A stretch of DNA of 64,000 nt from an uncultured Microthrixaceae bacterium (GTDB lineage Bacteria; Actinomycetota; Acidimicrobiia; Acidimicrobiales; DATDAH01): NCBI GenBank assembly GCA_963728005.1, contig CAVSIG010000001.1, forward strand, positions 1,184,462 to 1,248,461, given 5' to 3'. Below the pieces are notes generated by a model, which did no database searches, was not told the DNA's origin, and saw nothing but the letters and a program-made list of their open reading frames with translations. The position numbers were made by a program, and so were the translations under genes. Shown in pieces: positions 49,381 through 60,852 of the stretch. The first letter of the stretch is position 1, and every line of letters starts with the position of its first letter.

Positions 49381-50985
49381 GCGCCTCGGCCACCCGGTCG
49401 TACAGGCGCTGGTGGACCTCCACGTTGGCCTGACGATCCGTCTTCACGACCCGGACCCGGATGCCGGGGCGGGTGTCGGCCACGGCCGTGCGGAGGTCGG
49501 CGAGGGACGTGACCTCGGCGGCGTCGACGTCGTAGCCGGCGGCCACCCGGACGAGGTCGAGGCCGTGGGGCGTGCCGAAGAGCTGCTCGTACTCGTCCTC
49601 GGGGAGCTGCTCGGCCTGGGGCAGGAAGCTGAAGATGGCGCCGCCGTCGTTGTCGACGACGACGACCGTGAGCGACACGTCCCGACCGGCCGCGCCCAGG
49701 AGGGCGTTGGTGTCGTGGAGGAAGGCCAGGTCGCCGACCAAGGCGACGGTGGGCGAGCCCGTGAGCGCCACGCCGACGGCGGTGGAGACCACCCCGTCGA
49801 TGCCGTTGGCCCCCCGGTTGGCCAGCACCCGCGCCTCGGTGCAGCCGCCGAACCACTCGACGTCGCGGACGGGCATGGACGAGGCGACCACCAGGCTGCC
49901 GGTCGCCGCCTGGGTGACGGCCCGGGCGACGGTCGGGTCGGTGACGCCCTCGGCGGCGTCCAGCACCTCTTGGACGATGGCGTCGGCCGCCTTCCACGAG
50001 GCGAGCCACGCACCGTCCACGGGGTCGTCTTGGGCGACGAGGCCGTCCACGAACGTCATGGCCGTGCGATCGGGGTCGATCCCGCTGCCGACGACCACCT
50101 GCAGCTCGACCGGCCGCAGCCACGCGGCCAGGGCCTTCGACGCCGGCCGTCCGCCGATCCAGACGACGGCCTCGGGCAGGTGAGCCTGGGCCCACGGTGT
50201 CCGGGCGATCAGATCGAACCCCGTGACGCCGGGGCAGCCGCTCAGTGGGTCGGCCAGGACCGGCCAGCCGAGCGACTCGGCCAAGGGCGTCACCATCGGC
50301 CGCTCGGCGCCCCGACCGGCGACGATCACCCCGCGCCGGCCGGTCAGGGCCTCGATGGCGGTGGTGGGGATCGGGGCTTCCGGGGTGTCGTGCCATGGCC
50401 GGCCGTCCGGCCGACCGTGGGGCAGCGTCACCGGCGTCGGCCAGGAGCGGCTCGGTGAACGCCAGGTTCAGGTGCACGGGGCCGGTGCGCGGCGTCCAGC
50501 ACCGCCCTCGATGCCAGCGAGCGCCACGACCAGGCCGCCTCGGCGCGGGGCACGCCGGGTTCGACGATACGTGCGGACCGCGCCGCCGTACAGGTGCGTC
50601 TGGTCGACCGTCTGCGGAGCGCCGACGCCGTGGAGCTCGGGCGGCCGGTCCGTCGTGCACCACCAGCATCGGTACGCCGGCCAGGTCGGCCTCGACGACC
50701 GACGGGTGCAGCTCCACCGCGGCGGTGCCGCTGGTGGTGACCACCACGGCGGGCCGACCGGCTGGCCAGGCCGAGCCCGAGGGCGATGAAGCCGGCCGAG
50801 CGCTCGTCGACCTGCACGTGCACCTGGATGCTCGGCTCCCGGGCGAGGGCCAGCGAGATCGGCGTCGACCGGGACCCTGGGGCGATCGACCGCGTCGGTG
50901 ACGCCGGCCCGGGCCCACTCGTCGACGAGCGTGGCGCAGAAGGTCGCCTGCCGCGGTCGCCTCGTCCACGGCCGGGAGCTCTACG
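49381..50985 (-). CDS. menD: SEPHCHC synthase (ThDP-dependent); three or more frameshifts
   Basis: IAPGSRSTP...[13 protein letters not shown] (N), middle and C-terminal ThDP domains across ORFs 50428..51273, 49212..50969, 48584..50431; ends approximate. Confidence 0.7.
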
Positions 50986-50995
50986 GTCGGCGCCC

Positions 50996-51730
50996 ATGAG
51001 CAGCCCGCCCCTGGTCCTGGCCCACGGGTTCACGCAGAACAAGCCGCTGCTGGGGGCCGTTCCTCGACCTGCTGGGCGACCAGCGGGAGCTGAAGCCCGT
51101 CGACCTGGCCGGGCACGGCGACGTGCCGCCGGCCCGGGACCTGCCCGAGGCGGCGTTCCGGCTCGGGACGGGACGGCGGCTGGGGCGCCTACCTCGGCTA
51201 CTCGCTGGGCGGCCGGGTCGCCCTCCACCTGGCGCTCGCCCAGCCCGAGCTGGTCGACCGCCCTCGTGCTCATCGGCGCCCACCCCGGCCTCGAGGACCG
51301 CGGCCGAGCGGGACGCCCGGGCCGCGGCCGACGACGAGCTGGCCGACCGCCTGGTCGAGGTCGGGTTGCCCACGTTCCTCGACGAGTGGCTGGCCCAGCC
51401 GCTGTTCGCCTCGCTGCCGCCGGAGGCCGACCAGCGGGAGGAGCGCCTGACCAACGACCCCGCCGCCCTGGCCACGACCCTGCGCAACCTCAGCACCGGT
51501 CGCCAGACGCCGCTCTGGGACCGCCTCCCCGCGCTCGAGATGCCCGTGCTCTACGTGGCCGGCGAGGACGACGACCGGTACGTCCGCCTCGGCCGGCAGG
51601 CGGTCGCCACCATCGGGGCCAACGCCCGCCTCGAGACCGTCCCCGAGGCGGGCCACGCCGCCCACCTCGAGCAACCCGACTTCGTGGCCCAGCGGGTCCG
51701 CGCCTTCCTGGTCGGGCGCCGAGCGGCTGA
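50996..51730 (+). CDS. menH: Alpha/beta hydrolase (MenH, SHCHC synthase-like); frameshifted
   Basis: [11 protein letters not shown]-terminus, C-terminal [18 protein letters not shown] in a second frame. Confidence 0.55.
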   Translation: MSSPPLVLAHGFTQNKPLLGAVPRPAGRPAGAEARRPGRARRRAAGPGPARGGVPARDGTAAGAPTSATRWAAGSPSTWRSPSPSWSTALVLIGAHPGLEDRGRAGRPGRGRRRAGRPPGRGRVAHVPRRVAGPAAVRLAAAGGRPAGGAPDQRPRRPGHDPAQPQHRSPDAALGPPPRARDARALRGRRGRRPVRPPRPAGGRHHRGQRPPRDRPRGGPRRPPRATRLRGPAGPRLPGRAPSG

Positions 51731-51733
51731 GGG

Positions 51734-52657
51734 TCAGCCGCCGATCGCGAGCCCGAGGGCGAGCAGCAGGCCGGTCACCAGTTGCGCCCGACCGGTGGCC
51801 CCGAGGACGGGGATGAGCGCCGGTCCCGAGGCGCCGGCGCGCACCGCCCGGATCGGCTGGACGGCGAAGGCGGCGCCGACCAGGCCGAGGATCGCCGGCG
51901 TCCGGGCCGTGACGGCCAGGACGACGACGAGCAGGTAGACGTCCACCAGCATCGTCACGTACATGATCCGGGTCGTCCGGTCGCCGAGGCGCACGGCCAG
52001 GGTCCGCTTGCCGGCGTCGGCGTCGGTCGGGATGTCCCGCAGGTTGTTGACCACCAGCAGGGCCGTGGCCAGGAGGCCGACGGGCACCGCGGCGCACACC
52101 GCCAGCGCCGTGATCTCCTCGGTGCTGCACGTAGGCCGAGCCGACCGTGGCCACCAGGCCGAAGAAGACGAAGACGAAGACCTCGCCCAGGCCGAGGTAG
52201 CCGTAGGGCTTCGGACCGCCGGTGTAGAGCCAGCCGGCGGCGAACGAGAGCGCGCCCACGACCAGCAGCTCGGGCCCGACGGCGATGGCCAGCAGCGAGC
52301 CCGAACACGGCCGCCACCCCGAAGGACGCCAGCGCCGCGGTGCGGACCTGCCGAGGCCGCCTTCAGGCCCGAGGCCACCAGGCGCATCGGGCCGACCCGG
52401 ACGTCGTCGGTGCCCCGGACGCCGTCCTGGTAGTCGTTGGCGTAGTTGGTGCCGACCTGGATGGCGAGGGCCACGATGAGGGCGGCGAGCGCCCGCCACC
52501 AGATCACCCCGTCGCCGACGGCGCACGCCGTGCCCACGGCCACGGGGACGACCGCGGCGGGCAGCGTGCGCGGCCGGGCCCCGGCCACCCAGGGGTTCAC
52601 CTGACCCAGCCGATGGTCGTTCGGTGGCACTCCTGGTCGTGGAGACACGGCTGCCAC
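51734..52657 (-). CDS. menA: 1,4-dihydroxy-2-naphthoate polyprenyltransferase; two frameshifts
   Basis: N- and C-termini in ORF 51734..52657, middle ([26 protein letters not shown]) in another frame. Confidence 0.75.
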   Translation of the reverse strand: MAAVSPRPGVPPNDHRLGQVNPWVAGARPRTLPAAVVPVAVGTACAVGDGVIWWRALAALIVALAIQVGTNYANDYQDGVRGTDDVRVGPMRLVASGLKAASAGPHRGAGVLRGGGRVRARCWPSPSGPSCWSWARSRSPPAGSTPAVRSPTATSAWARSSSSSSSAWWPRSARPTCSTEEITALAVCAAVPVGLLATALLVVNNLRDIPTDADAGKRTLAVRLGDRTTRIMYVTMLVDVYLLVVVLAVTARTPAILGLVGAAFAVQPIRAVRAGASGPALIPVLGATGRAQLVTGLLLALGLAIGG

Positions 52658-52675
52658 CGACGGTGGTCTTGGCGA

Positions 52676-53536
52676 TCAAGGGCGCTTCGGGAACTGGTCG
52701 AAGTCCGGCGTGCGCTTGTTGACGTAGGCGTCGCGGCCTTCCTGCGCCTCGTCGGTCTGGTAGTAGAGCAGCGTCGCGTCGCCGGCCAGTTGCTGGATGC
52801 CGGCCAGGCCGTCGTCGGCGGCGTTCATCGAGGCCTTGATCATCCGCATGGCCAGCGGCGAGTGCTGGAGCATCTCCCGGCACCAGGCGACGGTCTCCTC
52901 CTCCAGCGCCTCGAGGGGGACGACCGTGTTGACCATGCCCATCTCGTAGCGCCTCCTCGGCCGTGTACTGGCGGCAGAGGAACCAGATCTCCCGGGCCCG
53001 CTTCTGGCCGATGCTGCGGGCCAGCAGCCCCGAGCCGTAGCCGCCGTCGAAGGAGCCGACCCGCGGGCCGGTCTGGCCGAAGCGGGCGTTGTCGGCGGCG
53101 ATGGTCAGGTCGCAGACGACGTGCAGGACGTGACCGCCGCCGATGGCGTAGCCGGCCACCATGGCCACCACGGGCTTGGGCGTGCGCCGGATCTGGATCT
53201 GGAGGTCCAGGACGTTCAGGCGCCCGATGCCCTTCTGGGCCACCTCGTCGTCGCCCAGGTAGCCGTCGTCGCCCCGGATGCGCTGGTCGCCGCCGGAGCA
53301 GAAGGCGAGGTCGCCCTGCCCGGTCAGGATGATCACGCCGATGCGGTCGTCGTCCCGGGCGCGGTTGAAGGCGTCCTGGAGCTCGAACAGCGTCTGGGGG
53401 CGGAAGGCGTTGCGCACCTCCGGCCGGCAGATGGTGATCTTGGCGATCCCCTCGGCGGTCTCGTAGGTGATGTCCCGGAAGTCGCCGGCGGTCTTCCAGT
53501 CGGCTCCGGGGCGGATGGTCGTGTCGGCGGTCACGA
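52676..53536 (-). CDS. menB: 1,4-dihydroxy-2-naphthoyl-CoA synthase; frameshift near 52940
   Basis: Crotonase fold ([30 protein letters not shown]), C-terminus in ORF 52676..52942; GTG start 53536. Confidence 0.85.
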
Positions 53537-53634
53537 CCCCGAGTGTGCCCGCTCCCCGGTGGGGGCCACCAACCCCCGGAAGGGGAGGCCTGCATGATCG
53601 GTCGCGGCCCGCGGCACATGCGACCATCGGTCCG

Positions 53635-55983
53635 ATGGGCGCGCTGGTGTTGGCGGTGCGGGCCCCGTTGCGGCGGCGGGCCAGGACGTTGATCGGACTG
53701 GTGCTCCTCGGCGGGCTCGGCGCCGGGATCACATTGGCCTGCCTCGCCGGTGCCCGGCGCACGGCCACGTCGTTCGACCGGTTCGAGGAGGCGAGCCGAC
53801 AGGGCGACATCGAGATCGGCTTCGAGGAGGACCTCCCCTTCGCCGAACGGCTGGACCTCGTGGATCGGGTGCAGGCCCTCCCCCAGGTGGCCCGGTCGAC
53901 CGGTGGGTCCTGGCTGATGCACACCGTCCCGGGCCTGCCTCCCGACGCGCTGATCACCATCGCCGCGCTCGACGAGCGTTTCGGCCACGAGATGCAGGTG
54001 CCCCAGGTGCTGGATGGGCGGCTGCCCGACCCGGACCGCCTGGATGAGGTCGTCCTCAACCAGCTGGCCGCCGAGGACCTCGGCTTGGGTGTGGGCGACG
54101 AGCTCGAGCTCGAGTCGGTCCCCGCCGACCAGCTCGAGGCGTTCTTCACGAACCAGCCGTTCGAGGGCGCGAGGCAGACCTTCACCATCACCGGCGTCGT
54201 GCGCTACCCGGACGACCTCGAGTCCTACGAGGGCAGCGGCATGGCGTTCCTGACGCCGGCCTACTGGGAGGCCCACGCCCGCGAGACGGCCTTCTTCGGG
54301 CCCGCCATCAACGTGGAGGTGTTCCCCGGCCAGCGCGAGGAGTTCGTGGCCGCGGCCAGCGAGTTCCTCCCGCCGTCAGCGATCGTCGCCGTCGAGGACG
54401 ACGCCGACGTCTCCGTCGGCGAGGCCACCCGGGTCCAGGCCACCGCGCTGCTGCTCTTCGCCGCCGTGGCCGGGGTGGCCACCCTCGTCTTCCTCACGCT
54501 CGGCTACAGCCGTCAGGTCCTGGCCGGCGAGGACGACACGAGCGCCCTGGAGGCCATCGGCATGTCGCGGCGGCAACGCTGGCTCGTGATGGCCGCGCCG
54601 GTGGTGTTCGGCGGCGTCGCCGCAGCCGTCGTGGCGGGCGTCGTCGCCGTCGCGCTGTCGCCGCTGTTCCCGTTCGGCATCGCCGGCGACGCCGAACCCG
54701 ACCCGGGCCTCGACGTGGACCCCCTCGTCGTCGTCGGGGGCGCCGTCGTCGTCGGTCTCGTCCTCGCCCTTGCGGCCGGCGCGGTGGCCCTCGTCGGCCT
54801 GCACCGCCGGCCGGACGCACGCCCGCGGCGCGAGTCGACGCTGCCGCTCCCGCTGGTACCGGCGCTGGGGGTCGGGATGGCCATCCGGCCCGGGCGGGGG
54901 CGTCGCGCCGTGCCCACCCGGTCGGCGCTGGCGACGGCCACCGTGGGGATCGCCCTGTTCGTCGCCACGCTGAGCTTCGGCCAGTCGCTGAACCAGCTCG
55001 TCCGCGACCCCGTCCGCTACGGGTGGAACGTCGACCTGATCACCGGCACCTCGGATGACCCCGACACCTACGACGACGTGGCCCCCCAGATCGAGGCGGA
55101 CGGACGGATCGGCGACTGGGCGGTGGCGTCCGTCGTGGAGCTGACCGCCCGGGACCGGAGCCTCTGGGTGATGGGGCTCGAGGCGGTGGAGGGCGACATC
55201 GGCCCGGTGATCATCGATGGTCGACCGCCGACCGGCCCCGGTGAGGTCGCCCTCGGACGGGAAACCCTGGACGACCTCGACGCCTCGGTCGGTGACCGAC
55301 TGGCGATGGCCCCGGTCGACGGGGGTGAGGCGGTCGAGGTCGAGATCGTCGGCACGAGCGTGCTCCCCGGCGGCGACCACGACTTCCCCGGCGGCCTCGG
55401 CGAGGGCGGCGTGATGACGCTCGACGGCCTCGCGGCCATCGCCGACGCACCCCGAAACGTCTACCTCGCGCGGGCGGCTCCCGGCGTCGACGCCGAGCGG
55501 CTGGTGCTCGACTACCGGGCCGATCGGCCGGGTATCTACGGCCCCCGCCCCGGTCCGGAGATCGACAACCTGTACGAGGCGTCGAGGGTGATCCCCGCGG
55601 TGGTCCTCAGCGTCGGGGTCCTCGGGTTCATCGCCCTCGCCCACGCCCTCGTCATGACCGTCCGCCGCCGTCGCCGCGACCTGGCGCTCCTGGGCTCGCT
55701 CGGGATGCGCCCTCGGGAGCTGACCGGCATCGTCCTCGTCCAGGGCGCCGTGATCGCCGGCTTGGCCCTGCTGATCGGGATCCCGCTGGGGCTCGTCCTC
55801 GTCACCCCCGCGTGGGGTGCTGCCGCCGCGAGCCTCGGCGTGGCCGACGACGTCGCCGGCCTCCAGCCGCTGGACCTGGCGGTGCTGATCGTCTCGGTCA
55901 TCGGGGCCACCCTCGTCCTCGCCGCGCTCCCCAGCCGCTCGGCCGCGCGCACCCGGCCCGCGATCGTGCTGCGCTCGGAGTAG
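53635..55983 (+). CDS. FtsX-like ABC transporter permease with two FtsX domains (MacB-like), no adjacent ATPase gene
   Basis: Two TM bundles each preceded by large extracytoplasmic domains; ATG at 53635 ([12 protein letters not shown]...). Confidence 0.75.
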   Translation: MGALVLAVRAPLRRRARTLIGLVLLGGLGAGITLACLAGARRTATSFDRFEEASRQGDIEIGFEEDLPFAERLDLVDRVQALPQVARSTGGSWLMHTVPGLPPDALITIAALDERFGHEMQVPQVLDGRLPDPDRLDEVVLNQLAAEDLGLGVGDELELESVPADQLEAFFTNQPFEGARQTFTITGVVRYPDDLESYEGSGMAFLTPAYWEAHARETAFFGPAINVEVFPGQREEFVAAASEFLPPSAIVAVEDDADVSVGEATRVQATALLLFAAVAGVATLVFLTLGYSRQVLAGEDDTSALEAIGMSRRQRWLVMAAPVVFGGVAAAVVAGVVAVALSPLFPFGIAGDAEPDPGLDVDPLVVVGGAVVVGLVLALAAGAVALVGLHRRPDARPRRESTLPLPLVPALGVGMAIRPGRGRRAVPTRSALATATVGIALFVATLSFGQSLNQLVRDPVRYGWNVDLITGTSDDPDTYDDVAPQIEADGRIGDWAVASVVELTARDRSLWVMGLEAVEGDIGPVIIDGRPPTGPGEVALGRETLDDLDASVGDRLAMAPVDGGEAVEVEIVGTSVLPGGDHDFPGGLGEGGVMTLDGLAAIADAPRNVYLARAAPGVDAERLVLDYRADRPGIYGPRPGPEIDNLYEASRVIPAVVLSVGVLGFIALAHALVMTVRRRRRDLALLGSLGMRPRELTGIVLVQGAVIAGLALLIGIPLGLVLVTPAWGAAAASLGVADDVAGLQPLDLAVLIVSVIGATLVLAALPSRSAARTRPAIVLRSE

Positions 55984-55986
55984 GCG

Positions 55987-56731
55987 TCACCCGGCAACCA
56001 AGGCGCCCCCGTCGACGACCAGCGTGTGCCCGGTGACCCACGCCGACAAGTCGCTGGCCAGGAACAGCGCGGCCCCGGCGATGTCGTCGGGCTCCCCCAG
56101 ACGCTTGGTCGGCAGGCGCCGGGCCAAGGCCTCCTCGTGCTGCTCCCACAGCGCCCGGGCGAAATCGGTCTTCACCAGCCCCGGGGCGATCGCGTTGACC
56201 CTCACGGCCGGACCCAGCTCAGCGGCGAGCGTCTTGGTCAGGTAGATGATCCCCGCCTTGGTCGTGTTGTAGACGCCGATCGACGGCTCGACCGACAGCC
56301 CGCCGACCGAGGCGATGTTGATCACCGAGCCACCGTGTTCGGCCATCCACGCCCGGTGGGCCAGCTGGGTCCAGACCAGCGGGCCCCGGAGGTTCACCTC
56401 GAACGTCTTGTCGTAGCGAGGGAGGTCGATCGTCGATCGCCGGGCCCATGTACGGGTTGGTGGCGGCGTTGTTGACGAGGACGTCGACGCGGCCGAAGCG
56501 CTCGACCGTCGCCGCCACGCACGCCTCGGCCTGTTCGGGGTCGCCGGCGTTGGCCGCGAACGTGGCCGTCTCGCCGTCGATCCCCGCGGCCGCCTCGTCG
56601 AGGGCGTCCTGCTTGCGCGACGAGAGCATGACCTTCGCGCCCGCGCCGGCCAGCCCGTTGGCGATGGCCAGGCCGATGCCGCGCGACGCCCCCGTGACGA
56701 GCGCGACCCGACCGTCGAGATCGATCTGCAT
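55987..56731 (-). CDS. Short-chain dehydrogenase/reductase; frameshift near 56400
   Basis: [12 protein letters not shown] in N-terminal frame; YNTTKAG catalytic motif in C-terminal frame. Confidence 0.8.
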
Positions 56732-56798
56732 GCCTCGGAACCTAGGGGATGCGCCGTCAGGCGAAGCGTCGACAGCTCAGCCCTCTACCGTGCGGGCA

Positions 56799-57419
56799 AT
56801 GGCCGTCGAGGACCCCGAAGATCGCCGGGCCGCCCGTCTCGCCGCCATCCGGGCGCAGCGGGGCACCGACGAACGAGCCCGCCAGATCGCTGACCTGGAG
56901 TCCCGTCGCCGCATCGACCCCCCACCGCCGTCGGGCACCGTCCGCACCCGTCGGACGACGTCGGCGCCCCGCCCCCGTCGAACCTCCGGTCAGACGGCCG
57001 GGACCAGCTTCTTCGGGCACCCCTGGGCCGAGTGGCACCAGATGGTCGACACCGGCACGGACCACCTGGTTGAGCACGCCGAGGCCGCGGCCACGACCAC
57101 GGAAGGCGAGCTCTGGTCCCACATCGGCGAGGTGCTCGGACTGCGCCTGGAGGACCTCCGGCTGCCGATGCCCTTCCTCCTGCGGGACATCACCACCCGC
57201 CAGGTCGAGGACACGGACCTGCTCCTCACGGCACTCGTCGTCCGCGACGACGGCACCCCGGGACCCGCCTTCTTCCGCCTGGCTGCCCAGCTCGACAAGC
57301 TGCCCGCGGCCCAGGCACCCCGGGAGGCCGACGACACCACCTGGACCATGAACGACCAGCAGGAGGCCTTCTGGCGCCAGCAGGTCGAGTCCCTCATCGC
57401 GTGGCACGGGGAAGGCTGA
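56799..57419 (+). CDS. Hypothetical protein
   Basis: ORF with plausible composition, no motif recognised. Confidence 0.45.
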   Translation: MAVEDPEDRRAARLAAIRAQRGTDERARQIADLESRRRIDPPPPSGTVRTRRTTSAPRPRRTSGQTAGTSFFGHPWAEWHQMVDTGTDHLVEHAEAAATTTEGELWSHIGEVLGLRLEDLRLPMPFLLRDITTRQVEDTDLLLTALVVRDDGTPGPAFFRLAAQLDKLPAAQAPREADDTTWTMNDQQEAFWRQQVESLIAWHGEG

Positions 57420-57423
57420 GCCG

Positions 57424-59418
57424 ATGCCGAACCGCCTGACCGACGAGCCGAGCCCGTACCTGCGGCAGCACGCCGACAACCCTGTCGACTGGTGGCCATG
57501 GGGCGACGAGGCGTTCGCCGCGGCCCAGGACGACGACAAGCCGGTCCTCGTGTCCATCGGCTACTCGGCCTGCCACTGGTGCCACGTGATGGCCCACGAG
57601 TCCTTCGAGGACGACGACACCGCCGATCTCATGAACCAGCTGTTCGTCAACATCAAGGTCGACCGCGAGGAGCGGCCGGACGTCGACGGGGTCTACATGG
57701 ACGCCGTCCAGGCCATGACCGGGCAGGGCGGCTGGCCGCTGACCGTCTTCCTGACGCCCGAGGGCAAGCCGTTCTACGGCGGCACCTACTACCCGAACGA
57801 GTCCCGGCACGGCATGCCGTCGTTCCGGGACGTGCTGCGGGCGGTCGACGAGCACTGGCGGGAGCACCGCGGGGACGCCACCGCCCAGGCGGAGCGGCTG
57901 ACCGAGGCGGTGGCTCGGAGCGGCGGACTGGAGGCCGGAGGGCATCCCCGGGCCCGAGGTCCTCGACAACGCCCTGCGCACGCTCCTGTCCCAGCACGAC
58001 CCCGAGTGGGGCGGGTTCGGCCGGGCGCCGAAGTTCCCGCAGACGATGAGCCACGAGCTGCTGCTCCGGGCCCACGCACGGTCCGGCGACCCCGAGGTCC
58101 TGCAGGCGGTCGTCACCTCGCTCGACGCCATGGCCTCGGGCGGGATGTACGACCACCTGGGCGGCGGCTTCGCCCGCTACTCGGTCGACGCCTTCTGGAT
58201 GGTCCCCCACTTCGAGAAGATGCTCTACGACCAGGCCCTGTTGGCTCGCCTCTACCTGCACGCCTGGCAGGTCACCGGCGAGCCCCGCTTCCGGCAGGTG
58301 CTGGCCGAGATCGTCGGCTACGTGCTGCGGGACCTGCGCCATCCGGACGGCGGTCTGTACTCGGCCGAGGACGCCGACTCCGAGGGCGAGGAGGGCAAGT
58401 TCTACGTGTGGCGCCCCGAGGAGGTCGAGGCGGTCCTGGGCGACCGGGCCCAGGTGGCCATGGACTGGTACGGCGTCACCCCGCAGGGCAACTTCGAGGG
58501 CTCCAACATCCTCCACCGACCGGTGCGGGGTGACCTCGTCCGCTCGCCGGAGGTGGAGACCGCCCGCGAGGCGCTCTTCCAGGCCCGCGAGGGGCGGGTG
58601 CGGCCCGGGCTGGACGACAAGGTCCTCACCGAGTGGAACGCCCTGATGATCGCCACGCTGGCCGAAGCCGGCGCCGCCGCGGGCGAGCCCGTCGTGGATC
58701 GAGGCCGCCGCCCAGAGCGCCGAGTTCCTCATCGGCTCGCTGCGGGACGCCGACGGACGCTGGATGCGCTCCTGGCAGGCCGGTGACGGCGAGCGCCCGG
58801 CCGCCGCCCGCCACCGGGCCTACGCCAACGACCACGCCGCGCTGGTCGACGCGTTCACCCGTCTGGCCGAAGCCACCGGCGAAGCCCGCTGGATCACCGA
58901 GGCCCGGGCTGTGGCCGACACCCTGCTGGACGTCTACTGGGACCCGGACCGGGGCGGGCTGTTCACGACGGCCGACGGCGCCGACGCCCCGGTGGTCCGC
59001 CAGAAGGACTTCCTCGACAACGCCACCCCCGCCGCCAACAGCCTCGCCGCCGTCGCCCTGCTGCGTCTGGCTGCCCTGACCGGCGAGGAGCGCTACCGGG
59101 AGCACGCCGACGCCGATCCTCGCCCTCTTCGCCCCGCTCGCCGGCTCCGCCCCCGCCGCCTTCGCCCACCTGCTGGGCGCCCTCGACCTCCACCACGACG
59201 GGCTCAGCGAGGTGGTCGTGGCCGGCGACCGCCCGGACCTGGTCGACGAGGTCCAGCGCCGGTATCTCCCCTCGACGGTCCTGGCGTGGGGCGAGCGCTA
59301 CGACTCGCCGCTCTGGGAGGGTCGGGAGGACGCCAAGGCGTACGTCTGCCGCAACTACACCTGCCAACTCCCCGCCGACACCGTCGAGGCCCTCGTCGCC
59401 CAGCTCGACGGCACGTGA
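57424..59418 (+). CDS. Thioredoxin-domain (DUF255/YyaL-like) protein with six-hairpin glycosidase-like C-terminal region; ~3 frameshifts
   Basis: [13 protein letters not shown] thioredoxin-like motif; continues through ORFs 58046..58786, 58764..59465, 59212..59418. Confidence 0.8.
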
Positions 59419-59436
59419 CCGCGGAGATCGCCGCCC

Positions 59437-59491
59437 GGCCGAAATTGCTCCGAATTTGGTCGTAGAGCAGCCGACATCGGAGCAATTTCAG
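59437..59491. terminator. 13-bp perfect inverted repeat GAAATTGCTCCGA ... TCGGAGCAATTTC between convergent genes
   Basis: Seen directly; AT-richer than surroundings. Confidence 0.35.
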
Positions 59492-59496
59492 CCACG

Positions 59497-60054
59497 TCAG
59501 CCGGAAGTCGTGTATCCGCCGCGGTGCACCCGGTCCCCGCGCCGGGGCCGGCCGGCCGAGCGTCCGGGCCGCGAGGGCAACGGGTGGCCGAGGGCGACGA
59601 CGCCGACGATCCCGAGGCCGGCGGGGATCGACAGGGCCGTCCGCACCGCGGCCTCCTGCTCGAACACGCCGAAGAACAGCGCCCCCAGCCCCGCCTCCTC
59701 CACGCCGGCCAGCAGGCGCTGGACGACCATGCCGCCGTCGACCCACCAGTACGGCGTCGCCCACGCCGACGCGTCCTGCCCCTTGTCGTCCTCGGCGTAG
59801 CGCTCCGCGTAGCGCTGCGCGTCGGTCAGGACGACGACGAGGACCGGCGCCGCCGGCAGGTCGGGCCAGGCGAAGGTGGACCGACGCTCGGCGGGCAGCG
59901 AGGCGTCCCAGTAGCGGGCGGTCTCGTCGGGGCCGGTGAGGACGACCAGCTCCGCGCCCTGGGTGTTGCCGGCCGACGGTGCCCGCAGCGCGTCGGCGAG
60001 GAGGCGGTCGACGAGGTCAGCCTCGAGGGGCTCGGGCGAGAACGCCCGAACCAT
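59497..60054 (-). CDS. Nitroreductase-family protein
   Basis: RAPSAGNTQ motif, nitroreductase fold. Confidence 0.7.
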   Translation of the reverse strand: MVRAFSPEPLEADLVDRLLADALRAPSAGNTQGAELVVLTGPDETARYWDASLPAERRSTFAWPDLPAAPVLVVVLTDAQRYAERYAEDDKGQDASAWATPYWWVDGGMVVQRLLAGVEEAGLGALFFGVFEQEAAVRTALSIPAGLGIVGVVALGHPLPSRPGRSAGRPRRGDRVHRGGYTTSG

Positions 60055-60067
60055 CGGGGAAACGGCT

Positions 60068-60736
60068 CAGCCCAGCTTCTCGAGGGCTTCGGCCAGCGCC
60101 CAGCCCGACGATCACCAGCGAGTCACCCCGGTCGTGGTCGAGCGGGTCGGTGAACTGCCGGTAGGCGGGTTCGATCTTCTCGGGCTTCAGCGACTCGTGG
60201 TCGAGCACGGCCGGGAAGCTCCCATCGCCCTTGGCGAGGAACGAGCGGTCGTCGTAGTCGCCGGTCTCCACGCCGAAGCGCTTGGCCAGGCGGGCGCCCC
60301 AGGCGCGCTCCTCGCCCGACGCCCGATGGTCGGGTCGGGGGATGATGTCGGTCAGGTGCCGCAGCGCCTCGTAGCCCGAGACGTCGTTGACCTTCATGCC
60401 GACGAGCACGTCCTCGTCCGGGAACGCCATGAGCGCCCGGCGCATCTGGTCGGCCATGATCGCCCGCAGGACGGCGTCCCGCTTGCTGGTGCGCTTGATC
60501 GACGCCAGCCCCACGAGGACGCTGGGCGTGCCGCCGATGCGCTCGAGGGTGCAGAACGAGAAGCCCTTCAGGGGGTTGCCGTCCCGGGCGAGGCTGACCA
60601 GCACCCAGGCTTCGGCGGCCTTCGACAGGAAGCCGATCTCGTAGCCGGAGGGACCGTCGGCGCACATGTCGGCCATCTCGGCCAGCTCGGCATCCCCGAG
60701 TGACGTGGTGTCCTTTGTCTCGACCGAGATGCCCAT
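60068..60736 (-). CDS. Hypothetical protein; probable frameshift near the 3' end
   Basis: ATG 60736 (MGISVETKD...); alternative frame gives clean end ...ALAEALEKLG*. Confidence 0.4.
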
Positions 60737-60852
60737 GGCTGCGCAGTAACCCCCGTGGTAGGCCGAACAGGACCCCTCTAGTCCAGCGCCCGCGGCACGA
60801 TCGCGCAACTCGGCAACACCAACTTGTGGAGAAATCGCGCCCCAGCGCGGCC

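Noticed and set aside
51270-54191. 973-aa ORF covering menA, menB and upstream sequence
   Set aside because: Same artefact: stretches of menA and menB in one frame joined by out-of-context sequence.
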